Shown in pieces: positions 24,416-37,572 of a DNA stretch of 64,000 bases (the stretch's first letter is position 1; each line of letters begins with the position of its first letter). The stretch is taken from contig MU271406.1 in assembly GCA_021432655.1 (NCBI GenBank), positions 1-64,000 on the forward strand. Reading direction: 5' to 3'. Below the pieces are notes generated by a model. That model was not told the DNA's origin, did not search any database, and worked only from the letters and a program-made list of their open reading frames with translations. This stretch comes from Atractiella rhizophila (taxonomy: Eukaryota). Position numbers and translations under genes: made by a program.

Positions 24416-26188
24416 ATGAGCTCTCGCAAAAGGAGTTTCAAGCGTGATCCTAGCAGTGATTCGAGCTCCTCAGAGCACGGTAGTAATGAAGGCACGCCTC
24501 GCCGTTCTCTAGATTCCGATTTTCTGTATTGGGTGAACAATCGACTGCGTTCCAAGAAATTCATACCAGAAGGCCACAGGGTGTCTACTAGGCGTCAGTC
24601 CAAACCTGGTGAGAATTTCTGACTATTTGTTAAAAGTTATGAACTAAGGGAAGGCGAAGTACATGTAGCCCCCGTCTCGCCTTGCAATAGTTCTACACGG
24701 CTTCCGCAAACATCTCCCATTGCCCGGCTGCCAAACGAACTCTTTCTCCAGATATTTTACCTTTTCTTACCCTCAATCTCTCGCATCGAGGATTTAAATC
24801 AAGAGTTTATCACACGTTTTTGTATCTTTGGACAGGTATGCTCTACGTTAAGAGAACTGGCGCTCTCCGTCCTACGAGATTATAGCATTCACTTCTCTGA
24901 CCAGTTTGCGCCGTATGCTCTGAATATCAGTTACCTCAGGAACATGGCCATAGAACATCAGTTTCTGAGATGGAATAAGCGCCAAAGGCTGAATTTAGGC
25001 CTTCCCATTCCACCATCCAAGAAGTCTTGGCCGGATTTACTACGAGCCATATCGATCCATCCAGGACATACCAAAGTGCAGATTTACAACCTTCCTTGGA
25101 ATGATTTTGATCTTAAGAATATGCTGCGATCTCTTCCCTCCGGACTTGCATCCCTGAAACTATTTTTTGGGAAGCAGCGAGCCGAATTATCTCTACAGCA
25201 AATACTCATTGTTCTATCGTCCCAGGTCGAATTTACCACCATAGTTGGGCTGATTCCTTCACCAGCATGGCGCTTGACCGTTACAAAAGAGTTAGCCTTG
25301 ACAAATCAAAGTCTTGCGTTGCTTCAGTGTCACCTTTCTGATGCCGACATCTATGGCTTTGGACTAGCGAAAACGATGCCAAATACTCACTTTAGAAATG
25401 TCGAAACATTGACTTTCAGCTCATTTCATCGGTTCCTTACCGCCGATGGTTTTCGTCACTTTTTGACACAGATTGACCCCCGTCACCTGTGCTGTGCTTT
25501 TCAGGAGTTTTCTGACAACAATGAGAGCAGCAGCGTATCAGGCCAGCGAAGACATCTCGACGGTGACCTCCTTCACACGGTCTTCCGTCGGTTCGAAGGC
25601 ACACTTTACCTTGACGGAGGAAGGGAGGACTCGAATTTTATTTCCAATCGATTTCTGGGGAACAAAGCCGCTTGGCACCACCTGTCAGAACTCGTTCTGC
25701 TTTACTGCCATTTTCCAGCTAGGTCAGTCCATGAGTTCCTGCAGAACGTCAATCGACACCAGCATCTATTTGTCCAAACATTGATTGTTCAGCTGAAGCC
25801 GTTCTTCGGGGACTGTGACTTCTCTCCTTTCTGGTTCTCCGAAGCACTTGGGCTATTCCAAAACTCACTGACTATATCTTCCGTCGAATCGTTCAACCAG
25901 AGGTACAGAGGGGTCTCCAGATATCACCTTCAATATGATCCCTCAAGATCTGGGACGGTGTTCAACGTCTTATGCACGCGCAAAGGTTTCTGGGTGGATC
26001 TTTGGATTATTGATCAAGACGATACACCGGGGAACGAGAATTCTATATTCTTCTGGAAGAATTTTGATGTAAACAAGCGGCTCGGACGCAAGGCTAGGAT
26101 GCGTTCGAGATTTCAACGTTCACGCCTAGAGACCGAAACTAATCAAAGAGAGCGAGGGCAAGGTACTTCTAAGATTGCTTTGAGATAA
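24416..26188 (+). CDS. F-box-like protein
   Basis: After the GTGAGA...TAG intron (~24609-24668) the frame reads SPIARLPNELFLQIFYLFL...FGQVCSTLRELA (F-box pattern) and runs into the 414-aa Leu-rich ORF. Confidence 0.65.
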
Positions 26189-26689
26189 TTCTGAGCACAA
26201 ATACCGAAATAGTGATGGAGGTGACGAATATCTGTTTGCTTTACATTGCCGAAAGAAGCCTTGAGTCGCAAAAGGTGAATGTGTGAGATATCCCACCAAG
26301 ATCAAAAGCAAGTTCGTCCACACAGTTCTAACACTAAGAGCGCCGTTCTCCCTATAATATTATCTGCACTTCACTATCCAAAACTCCTCCCATGACCTTT
26401 GTTCCTACCAACTCCAACTCTAATTCAAACTCGTCTCAAACGTTTGGCTCGAGAGCTATCTCTTCACGATCCCTACCGTCCCGTGCGAAAGTGATGGCAA
26501 GTCAAAGCTACTTGAGAAGTAAGGTTGAAAAAGTTGGTGACCAGTCGGGAGAAAGGGACAAAGAAACGAAGTTTGATGCTGCCAGCTTCCCGCAATTCGA
26601 CCGGAATAGGTTCGAATGTCTGTTTCGCTCTGAACCTCCAAGTGTAGCCCACCTTTTCCTTGATCTAAAACCTTTTAAACAGTGCCGAG

Positions 26690-27370
26690 CCGCCTCGACA
26701 AAATCAGTGATCTGGAGCGCCTCGCAGATGTTATCTGGCTTTAGGGTCATGTACGCAAATCACCGGCGTGGATGAATCTGACGCTGTCAAGGAGTTGTTC
26801 AATGGAGAGAACCTTGTCAGGATGAGGTTGTGTAGGTGGTTCGTACAGCAGAGTGAGGAACTAGTCACTTCGCATTCCAAAGCTTCACCACTTGGGGTAG
26901 GGATGTGGGAAGATAAGTTCGGGTTTTAGTTTCAGCATGCTCTCGTCCTTTTGACAATCTCGACGACTCGACGACAAACAAGTACCCATCAGGGTCAACG
27001 GAATTTGGGTAGTGATGGGTAAGATATCGTCATCTATATTGTCAGCAGTCAGGGCTAAACTAGATAGATGAAGCTGACAAGAACGGATAGGATCAATTAG
27101 ATGCAAGCACTAGGATCTTCCCGTTCGGGTGGAGGTAGGTCAAGTGAGGAACTCATTGGCTTGAGAGCCTTCTTCAGGTAGGAACATCATATCCAGCTCA
27201 TTTGGATTGTCCACTTTCCGACTGGCTACTGCAATCTTCATCACTGCCGTACGAGTAGAAGGATGTGCAACCTCGCAGTGAACAGGGTCCAGATCTCGAA
27301 GAACATTGGAGGATCGTAATCGCTGTGTGGAGTATTTGAACTGGGTAATCGTCCCATCTGGGTTCTTTAC
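26690..27370 (-). pseudogene. Decayed Ser/Thr protein kinase (SRPK/CMGC-like)
   Basis: Kinase motifs in the correct order across broken frames: DYPVQI, VMKIAVA...NELDMM, QLLDSVRFIHAG, (H.D)LKPDNI, LQITDFVEA. Stops and frameshifts lie between them. Confidence 0.55.
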
Positions 27371-27930
27371 GAAGGCAATAAGCGAATGACAAACTCAAGT
27401 ATCAGCTCAGTTCCTTTTCACATGTAACAAGAGCTTACGATAAAAAGTTCGACATTCGGTGCATCTTTAACCAGTGGCAAACTCAGACGCAATAGGATCC
27501 ATGCTCGACGCGTTAAAATATGTCTGCTTACTCTCGCGATAGCGCTCGAGGTCAACATTAAGACAATATCCAACTGCAGCAAGATAATTGCTCCTCATCA
27601 CCTTCCGGTCGAACTAACCTGACCAACTTCAGACTGCAGCTCCTTTGCGAATACAACGATTCTATCGCGGCCCATAAGCACTTCTGGGGACTTGATCCAT
27701 AACGTCTGGGATGCTGTTAGACGACACCAAGGTCTCAGTGCCCTTACGCTGAGTCTCGCATCCCGCAAGCCCTAGGAGATGGATCCTGTGACGGTGAGAT
27801 TGCCGGGATTAGGCTGCAAACCTAGAGAAGAAATGCGGCCCTAAGGGGATTCTGCTCCCTCTCTCAGCGGCCAAGCAGTATCTGGTTGCTTATTCTTCCC
27901 CGATATTTCAAGTCACAGACTCCCAATTCC

Positions 27931-30195
27931 ATGCCTCTCCTTCGCCCGCTCCTCCGCTCGTCGTCCCTTCTCAAGTCCACAGCCAAGTTCTCGCCTTCCT
28001 TCACAGCGTTCAACTCCCACGCGACAAGGTCCTTCTCAACGACAATGACCCTCTCCTCAGGCGGCAAAGGCGAATCAGCCGTCCGTCCACCGCCAGATGC
28101 ACTCCTCACAAAAATCGCATCTTACGTCCACAACTACAAAGTGAACAGCGACCTTGCCTACGATACCGCCAACGTGTGCATGTTCGATGCGCTCGGATGT
28201 GGTTTGGAGGGTCTGAGGTTTGAGAATTGCGAGAGGTCCGTTTTGAACAATTTTTCACTTTTTTCGCTCTGCTTCTCTGCGTGACGGCTTCCCTTCTTGT
28301 TTTGAATTTTTATTTTCCTGTCTGGAAGAAGACTTCTTTGCAAAATCAACAGTCCTCTACTGCACCACGACCTTCAAGTTCACTACTGACCACCCTCGCA
28401 CTACATAGGCTACTCGGTCCGGTCGTGGAAGGCACCGTTGTCCCCAACGGGACAAAGGTCCCCGGAACAAAACACGTCCTTGATCCCATCCGAGGAGCAT
28501 GGAGCGTGGGTACCATGATCAGGTACGTTTCGTTGCCCTTCCACGTCTTAGTTGGATGTTGACGAAGGTCGAGAACAGGTGGTTGGATTTCAACGATTGT
28601 ACGCTTTCTCCTCTCAGTCACCATCGAAGAGCAGAATCCTGACGACAGCGCCGGGTCTACAGGCTTCCTTGCGGCTGAATGGGTACTGTTCCGACATTAC
28701 CCGTTTAGAGTAGCCGAAGGCTAACACGACGGTAACAGGGACATCCGTCCGACAACCTTGGAGCAATCTGGGCAGCAGCGGACTACGTTTCCCGCGTCAA
28801 AGTCGCCAATGGGGAGGCACCGCTGAAGGTTCGCTCTCCCTCCACCCCATACAAAGAGGAGTGAGCAGGTGCGCAGGTGCACGATGTCCTGACAGCGATG
28901 ATCAAAGCGCACGAGATCCAAGGCTGCCTCGCGCTCCTCAACTCGTACAACGCCGTCGGTCTCGACCACGTCGTCCTCGTCAAGGTGGCCTCCACTGCCG
29001 TCGCCTCCCAACTCCTCGGGCTGTCTGAATCCCAGACCGTAGACGCCATCTCCCAGGCTTGGGTGGACGGACAGAGTCTGAGGACTTACAGGCACGCTCC
29101 TAACACCGGCAGCAGGAAGAGTTGGGCTGCCGGAGACGCATGCAGTCGTGCCCTTAACCTCGCCTTGCTCGTTAAGAGGGGAGAGGGAGGAATACCCACA
29201 GTCCTCACCGCCAAGAGATGGGGATTCTACGATGTGCTGTTCAAGGGGAATGAGTTCCAGTTCCAGAGAGACTTTGGCAGCTAGTGCGTCCATTCCATGC
29301 CTTCTAGCGTCGGAGGAAGTTGACCACGCCTTGGTGTAGCATTATGGAGAACGTTCTCTTCAAAATATCATTCCCGGCTGAGTTCCATGCTCAGACCGCA
29401 GCTGAGGCAGCCCTCATCCTCCACGGGTGCGTTGATGCCTAACCAATTTTAAAATCCTAAGCGTCGTCCTGGCGGGTGAACAGAAAGCTCAAGTCGATGG
29501 GCAAGACCTCGGACGACGTTGAGAGCGTTAAAATCAGGACACAAGAAGCCGCCGTTCGTGTCTACTTTTCTTACGAGATTGCCCTGACCATGGAAGAGAA
29601 CAACAGATCAGGATCATTGATAAATCCGGTCCACTCAACAACTACGCTGATCGTGACCACTGCATCCAATATATGGTCGCTGTTCCCCGTACGTTCCCTC
29701 TGCACTTCCCTCCTCTATTCGTACTAACTCGCATCCGGCTGGGCCAGTGATCTTCGGTCGCCTTACCTCGCAAGATTACAGTGACGAAGTAGCCGCAGAC
29801 CCCCGCATCGACGCTCTCAGGGATAGGATCACCTGTGTGGAGGATACGACATACACGGCGGACTACCACCATCCCGACAAGCGATTCATCTCCAATGCCC
29901 TCACCATCACGCTCAAAGACGGAACGGTGCTTGATGAAGTTGAGGTGCACTATCCGGTCGGACACAAGAGGAGGAGGGCGGAAGGCCAGCCGCTGATTGA
30001 AGCTAAATTCGGTGCGTATTATGCCCTTTCTTCTACACTGCGAGTTGTTGACATCATATTAATGTAACAGTCAATCACGCGAAGCCCCATTTCTCCCCCG
30101 GAAGGGTAGACGAGCTCTTGAGCCTCATGAAGGATAGGAAGAAGGCGGAGGCGATGGATGTGCCCACTTTTGTCGATTTGTGGCACAAGCCGTGA
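27931..30195 (+). CDS. PDH1: 2-methylcitrate dehydratase (PrpD), with likely mitochondrial presequence
   Basis: [97 protein letters not shown]. Includes ~20-nt exons. Arg/Ser-rich N-terminus. Confidence 0.96.
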
Positions 30196-30401
30196 AGAGT
30201 GACAGGGATTTGGCGCTCTGTAGTGCAGTTCAAAATAAGTGCGAAAACTATCGAACGCAGTTTGCATTATTACTATTATTTCAGGGAGAGGACGAAAGCA
30301 CCATGAGAGAAAAGTACACCATACGAAAGCGAAGGATATCAAGCAAACATGGCAAACAAAAAAACTAGCCTAAGTGTAAAGGTACCAATATCACGACCCT
30401 T

Positions 30402-32815
30402 TCAGAGTCTCCCAACTTTCATCAAATCGAATCCACGGCTCAAGCAGATCTCAGGGGTCTCCATCAATCTCAAGAGAGGTATAATAGAAGGAGAAAGGCC
30501 CCTCCAAGCCCTCGCCACCTCTTTCATCCTTCGCACAGCCTCAAACACTGTCATCTCCAACCTGAGCGTTTGATCCGCTTCCCCAAGCTTACTATGTTTG
30601 AGGATCGTCAGATTCCGAAAGAGGACCTTTCCAGCGAGACCGAAAATCACGTAGAAAGGGTTAGACCATTGCCTGCGCTCGACCAGCAGCTGCTGGTATA
30701 GAGGGAGCATGCATAAGGCCGTTTGTGCGGCGCCACCGGAGAGGTGGAAGGAGGCATAGAGGTCTGGGGCAAGAGGGTCAATACAGCGATGATGCAAGAG
30801 GATGAAAGCTGTGGAGAGAGCGAGCTGGGAGTTATAGAGGCTATCCCGTGCTGAGACCTCGGACGGTGACAGAGAAGCGAGTGGTTTCGATTGAAGATGG
30901 GCGAGAAGAGACGCTGGGAACGAGCTCTGGAAGTTTTTACAAGTTTGAAAAAGTGCCAAAAAGTCTTCCCTTTCGCACTGGTCAGCTGCACTATCCTTCC
31001 GCCAGGATGTGAAAACGCACTCTACTTCCACCTTCGCGATATTCACATCTTTCGTTGGACCGCGATCGAAACGTCTCCAGAAGTCCGCAACTTTAGTTGT
31101 CAAGATACCGCATTTCAGCATCACCTGAAACGGCTCTAGGTCCTTCAAGGGTTCTTCCTCGTCATAGAACTCTGCATTTGTTACAGTCAAGCGATGAGAT
31201 GGCACCGTTGTTTGTTTAGAAAGCGGTTTCGTGGGAAGGGGGACCTGAATGTCCTCTGCTCCGAAGTTAGATCAATCAATATTCCAAGATGCGGAAATTC
31301 ACCACTTGGAAGGGAGAGGAAAGGGACATCGCCAACGAGAATAGACAGATATGCATCCCAGACATAAGTGAACCAAAATACCAGCGAGCTATAGCCCAGA
31401 ACTTTAGCTTGCTTTTTCGATGAAGAAGAAAGGGAGGGTTAGGAATCACGCACTTCTGGTACTGTTCCAAGGGACTATAACGCGCTAGCTTCTGACTTTG
31501 GTTCCAACCTAGCATGGTGCTTGATCTTCCTTTAACTTACTTCGACAAGGGAGGAAAGAATACGCTCACCACAAACGAAGGGTCTTGACTCTCCACGTCT
31601 GTCCGAGGTTGTACTGTCTCGATGACCAATAGAACGCGATGAGCAGACATGCCTTCGCCACTCTCTCTAATCCCCTCCCGTCCTCCTCATCCTCCATCTC
31701 CTGTAGGTCAATCGTCACATGTCGATTGATGAAGTTGGTGTGGTGGTCGTAAACCGATCCCTTGAGTGCCATCTCGGTCATGCTCTCATCATTTCCGTCC
31801 ACATACTTCTTATAGAGAAAGTTGGCGCAGCAATTACCAGCCAGACACTCTGCTACGTCTGAATTGCCATCGGAAGTACTGCTTGACGAAGGTGATAAAT
31901 ATGGAGAGAATGACCCTATGCGCCCCTTCAAATCTTCCCAAGGCATGTTAAACGATCCAATGAGACACATCGCATGCAAGACGACGGCTTCGGAGAGCGT
32001 GAGGCGAGGTGCGTGTTCCACAAGCGCGAGGACGCTTTGAAGGGACAGAATGTCGGAGAGGAGAAATGTCGATTTAAAAGCTTCGAAAACGAGGGCACGG
32101 GCTAGTTGTCGAGGTGGGAGGAAGAAATTTTGCCAATGTCGGGAAGAGTGAGAAGATGAGGCGGTGCTACTGGGGATTGTGGAGTTTGCGGGCGAGACGA
32201 AGGAGTCGAGATGTGCATCTAGCTGGAATCCAGATTGGTCGCCGTCCTGAGCATCCGGGAGCCAAGTTCCCTCCCGCACGACATGCTGGAATGTCATCCG
32301 ATGCAGGACACTTTGCAAGTCCTCTGCAAAGCTACTGGTGAGATAATCCAATATTAGAAGTAAAGAACGGAGCGAACCTAGCTTCCCCTCCAATTCTATC
32401 AGTTGTTCCGCCTCCTCCTTTCCCGGAGAAGGTTCGTTGCCCTCTTCTACTTCGGAAACAGTTCTTTTCTTTGCTTGGGATGCGTTCATGTACTTCGGAA
32501 CATCGAATCTTGTCTCGTGATAGGTACATTCGACGTCTCCATCCTCGTTCACGAACTTGAAAGTCGCAGTGCGTGCGCTCTTATTCTCGTTGAAGCGAAG
32601 ACATGGCCCGCCTATTCAGCAGACGTCAGCTAAACAGTTATAAAGCTGTGTACAAGCGCAACAAATTACACGGATGAATTCCATCTCCATCGCATCCTAT
32701 CTTCCGCTTTCGACAGACTAATAACGCCTTCAGAATCAATCACTCGAAGAGTTCGGTGAAGGAACTGGCCATTGCAGGCTTTGTAACGTTGTCCAGGTTT
32801 GGTCTCCACAATCAT
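30402..32815 (-). CDS. Zn(II)2Cys6 transcription factor
   Basis: Splicing a GC-AG intron (32769-32718) and a GT-AG intron gives ACNVCRKRKIGCDGDGIHPCGPC-x24-CTY. Downstream exons are helical and resemble a fungal TF middle-homology region. The start codon is tentative. Confidence 0.8.
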
Positions 32816-34033
32816 CCTTGGAATTCGCTAATGTTAGGTCTTTCAGTATAGCCACCTTGCATCAAATACAATCAGTCTTCTCCTGTTTGTAATCGTCGAG
32901 AAGTTGCCTTCCTACTGGTTCCAGGTTCCTGATCATGTAGTTTAGTCTCAAATGCTTAGTGATCCAATCGTCGTTTCTGCAGTCTTTTCTGCAGTTCGCC
33001 TTGCAGAGACAACTTCTGGATGATTGTTGCCAAGGCTTGCGTCCTTACGATCTAACAACGACCACGACATAGACGCTTGACCTTAAGGTGATGCGTGGAG
33101 GCTTTGAGTGGAGCTGTTGACCCGTTTCCCCAGATTATGCTGGATCGGTGCATGCGTGAGTGTTGGAACGTTGGTTCATTTCCATCTTTTTATGTTTACG
33201 GAAATATATTTCGGGTTTAGAGTAGGAGGAATAGTGCCTAGTCGTAGTTTCAAAGAGTACACGCACTCGTGCATGCTTAATGCACCTGATCACAATGCCG
33301 ACATTTCTATTTCTCATCGTGAAATCGAAGTTACATTCTGCCATGGAGTGCCGCTTTAATCTTGCTGCATATCCAGTCTGACCCGAAGATTTGAAAATTG
33401 TCGTCCAGCCATTGACCCAAAGAGAATTCGATCCCAACTAAAAAAGGTCTCCTCTATGTCTCGGGAAAGAGCTGGGATGGTATGGGCTTGTCTTGCTCAG
33501 AGCGACAGAGCAACCCGACTTCAATTGTGGCTCTTCGACGTCAGCTCATTACGATGGAGACGTATTGAAGTCTCTTACATCGGTTGACTTCATGGAGAGG
33601 GAAGCGTCTATTGTCTGCAAATGCAATCTTCTTCAATCCTGTAGAGGCATTGCAGAGGGAGGTGCCTCAGCCGGATTTTGTCGCTCTCCTTCGGTTCTCC
33701 ACTTGCGGTCTGCGGGGATCCTGCATTCGCAAGGTACCGGACAACGATGCGGGCATGCTGGCTGACTAACCGGTGACCTCATTGCAATGTGGTCCAGAAG
33801 CACTGTGTGCTGCTTCTGATTAATGTGATTGTTTTGGGTTCATTCAGCTGGCGATGGAGTGAGGGAGTTCTCCTTCCGTTCAAAGGGGAGAGACGATTGC
33901 AAGGCATGGGATGAGACATATAAAACGATCGCCAGTGTGAGGCAGCCTCATTCGCAATACGACGTACCTGTCCAACTATGCATCAAAGTTGAAAGCTTGA
34001 TAGGACGCATCATCACAAGACGCAGACATAAAC

Positions 34034-36181
34034 ATGACCGCTTTCATTAGAGAATCAACTGTAGGCCAGCTGATTCATGCTGCTTCGAAAGGACGCCTTC
34101 TTCCCTATCCTGAGGAAGAAAGCGACTTTGTAGTCCCTCAAAAATTCCGGTTGCAACCGAAAAAGGAAGCTACTGCTTCCTCTAATCAAACGCTGGTCCC
34201 TGAACCTGCCAGTGCTGGAGACAATAACGCGGAAAAGCCCTTGGAACATTGCGTTACCCCATCGGACCAAGATTTGGAGAAGGGTGGACGAAATGTGCAG
34301 GCTGAAGAAGAGAAGGAGATGGTAGACGATGACTTTCTGGTGGGATGGTATGGGGACGATGATAAAGAAAATCCTCAAAATTGGAGCTTCGGGAAGAAAT
34401 GTGTCGTCACAGGAGGAATCTTGCTGTTAACATGGTCGGTTTACATTGGATCAGCAATCTAGTAAGTGCACCGTTGATCGATTGAAGACCAGTGCTAATC
34501 AGATGGGAATCAGCGCATCTTCAGTCCCAGGAGTTATGGATTACTTTAAGGTTTCGCAAACGAAGTCAATTCTGGGACTCTCCCTATTCCTCCTCGGTCT
34601 TGGAACAGGTAATCATCGTGTCGCACCGTCGATTTCATTAGCTGACTATCATTACAGGGCCGTTGATTTTGTCTCCCCTCTCAGAAGTCCCTTTCATAGG
34701 GCGTAATCCTATCTACATGGCGACGCTCTTCATCTTCTTCATCCTCCAAATCCCGACTGTGACGACAACAAATTATAGCGCTCTTATGGCTCTTCGCTTC
34801 TTTGCTGGGTTTATCGGCTCTCCAGCGCTCGCGACGGGAGGAGCAACACTGGGGGATATCTGGTCACCGATGAAGCTGAACTACTGCTTTGCGATCTGGA
34901 CGAGTGCCGCTGCGCTTGGACCCGTAGGTATCTCGCATATTTTCCGGACACTGCAGTGACGAGAGAAACGAACAGGTACTTGGCCCAGTCATCTCTGGAT
35001 TTCCCGCTATGTTTCACGGCTGGCGCTGGCCGCTCTACGAGCTGCTCATGATCTCAGGCTTCACGCTCATAGTTCTCTCTGTGTCGCTCCCAGAAACATC
35101 TGCGGCGACTATTCTACTCAAGCGGGCAGAGAGACTCAGAAAGCTGACGAAGAACGAGGCGCTGAGATCACAGAGTGAGATTGACCAAGCCAACACATCG
35201 CCTAAAGATGTACTGTATGAAGCGCTTATTCGGCCGTTCCAGTTGACGCTTGAGCCCGCTGTACTTTTCGTGAACATCTACCTAGCGCTTGCGTGAGTTT
35301 GCACCTCTTTGTTGCTCAGAATGAACCATAGTGATGGAAGGTGCACAGATATTCACTTTTCTACCTCTTTTTTGAGTCTTTCCCCCTCGTATTTGGGGGA
35401 ATCTACGGCTTCAACTTGGCACTTCAGGGGCTTCCTTTTCTAGGAATCGCTGTGGGATGCTTTCTCGCAATGGGAGGCTATAGCTTATTTGTCTACTACC
35501 ACGTCGAGCCGAAGTTTAAACGAACTGGTGTTCTCATCCCAGAAGATAAATTGCAAGCGGCACTCGTGGCCAGTTGGTTCATGCCCATCTCTCTTCTTCT
35601 GTTCGGTACGCTGCTTCTCTCGCTCTCTTTGTGGGATTGGGCCCTGATGGCGTTGAACAGGCTGGTTATCTCGTCCTTCAGTCCATTGGATGGGGCCAGT
35701 CGTTGCGGCTGCCCTTTACATCCCCGGGATTGTGCTGCTGTTCCAATCTTGTCTGATTTACTTGCCAACTGCGTATCCACGATATGCTGCTTCCTTATTG
35801 GCTGGAAACGACTTCTTCCGTTCCTCTGGCGCTGCTGGATTTATCCTTTTTGGGCGAGCACTGTTCACCAACCTGGGCATTGGAGGAGGATGTTCTCTTT
35901 TAGCTGGTTTAGGGATTGTGCTGCTGTTCCAATCTTGTCTGATTTACTTGCCAACTGCGTATCCACGATATGCTGCTTCCTTATTGGCTGGAAACGACTT
36001 CTTCCGTTCCTCTGGCGCTGCTGGATTTATCCTTTTTGGGCGAGCACTGTTCACCAACCTGGGCATTGGAGGAGGATGTTCTCTTTTAGCTGGTTTAACC
36101 GCCATTATGATCCCGTTTTTGTGGGTGTTTTATCTGAGAGGCGCTGAGATCAGGAGGTGGAGCAAGTATGCTCAATCTTAG
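34034..36181 (+). CDS. MFS drug:H+ antiporter, DHA1 family (Flr1/Mdr1/Caf5-like)
   Basis: IRESTVGQLI, VGWYGDDDKENPQNWS, SPLSEVPFIGRNPIY, RFFAGFIGSPALATGGATLGD, LPETS, YAASLLAGNDFFRS. TATA at ~33919. Carries a 186-bp internal duplication. Confidence 0.95.
35726..36097 (+). repeat. Exact 186-bp in-frame tandem duplication in the last MFS exon
   Basis: 35726-35911 is identical to 35912-36097 (62 codons, GIVLLFQS...LLAGL). Confidence 0.97.
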
Positions 36182-36649
36182 AATGGTAATCAATATACAT
36201 TGATCTCTATGTTAACAACACGAAATTACAAACCGTGATAATGATCAATAGAATCTTCGAACTCTCAAGAGCTTCCTCCAATTGTCAAGTGCTCCAGAAC
36301 GATGGTCCAGCAAGTCAAGTAGAGTGACCTTTCGATTATACTAGTCATCCACAATTATGCGAAGGAGACGGCAAATTACGTGGCGATGCCATATTACCTT
36401 GGTGGCCATGTGTATTTTGAGGTCAAGCTCTACCAGTTTATTCCTTGTACATGTAAATGAAGGTGCAAACAGGATACGTCAAACTTGAGCGCCTGAGACG
36501 ATCAAACATCTCAGTTGACGATAGTCACCAAGGGAGTCATAAGTATGAAGGACTTTCTGGGATTTCTAGCAGTTTGAAGCTATTATTTGACGATTCGACC
36601 TTCAATGCATGATGTATCGAATTCTATTTAACAATGCCGAAGCAGAGAG

Positions 36650-37572
36650 TTAATTCAAAGCCTTCACCACTGCTTCTGCGACACTGGTTCAATGGAGAAT
36701 GTCTTAGTCACGCATGTCCTCAAAGAACGAGGGAAAACTTACGGCCTGGCACTAGCAGGATTCTGACCACTGATAAGTCTTCCATCAACGACGACAAAAG
36801 GCTCGAAATCTCCCTTGCGCTGAAACAAGGCTCCTTTTGCGGCCAACGCGTCTTCGAGAAGGAAAGGCATTTTCTCCAGCGCTTTGATAGCTACCTCTTC
36901 AGAATTCGTGAACCCTGTCAACTTCTTTCCAGCAACGAGAGCCTGGCCGTTTGAGAGGGTGACATTCGTGAAGACGCCGGGACCATGGCAGACTGCCGAT
37001 ACGACCTGGGACGGAAGGAAAGTTAGCAGAGAGCAAACAGGCTAAGGAAAGTCGACGAAGACGAACTTTGTCAGCTTCCCAAAATTCTGTAATGATTTTT
37101 TGCGAGGTTGCATCGATGGCCAAATCGAATATTGGCCCTGAACCACCCGCATAGAACACGGCGTCGTACTCCTGCGCTCTTCCCAGGAATTCTTTCAGCT
37201 GAACAGTATTTTTCCAGACAGACTCCTTTATCGATTGATTAGATGAATTCAACGTGAGAAAGGAAAGTGGTTTACCGTTTTAAGGAATTCCAAAGATTCG
37301 GTATCCTTCTGATCTGTCGACACCTCGATGGACCACGGGTCCAAAGGTGCCTCTCCTCCCTTGATAGAGGCGAAGCTCATTTGGTATCCCGCTTGCTTGA
37401 ACACGTTATAGGGGTGGGCAAGTTCGGGCTGTTTATACCACCAATTAGAACTCATGTGGGAGGAAGCGATGGAAGAGGATAGGAAGGCACGAACGAGAAA
37501 CCATCCTCCGAGCGAGATATCAGAGCGAGGATGGGAGGTCAGGACGATGAGGATCTTCTTGCTGGAGCTCAT
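36650..37572 (-). CDS. DJ-1/PfpI family glyoxalase III / Hsp31-like protein
   Basis: KILIVLTSH, GWFLPELAHPY, GGEAPLDPWS, YDAVFYAGGSGPIFDL, catalytic SAVCHGP, TGFTNSEE, DGRLISGQNPASA. Four introns. Confidence 0.93.

Noticed and set aside
35909..35914. TTAGGG at the MFS duplication junction
   Set aside because: A single hexamer produced by joining GGTTTA and GGGATT; not evidence of telomerase healing.
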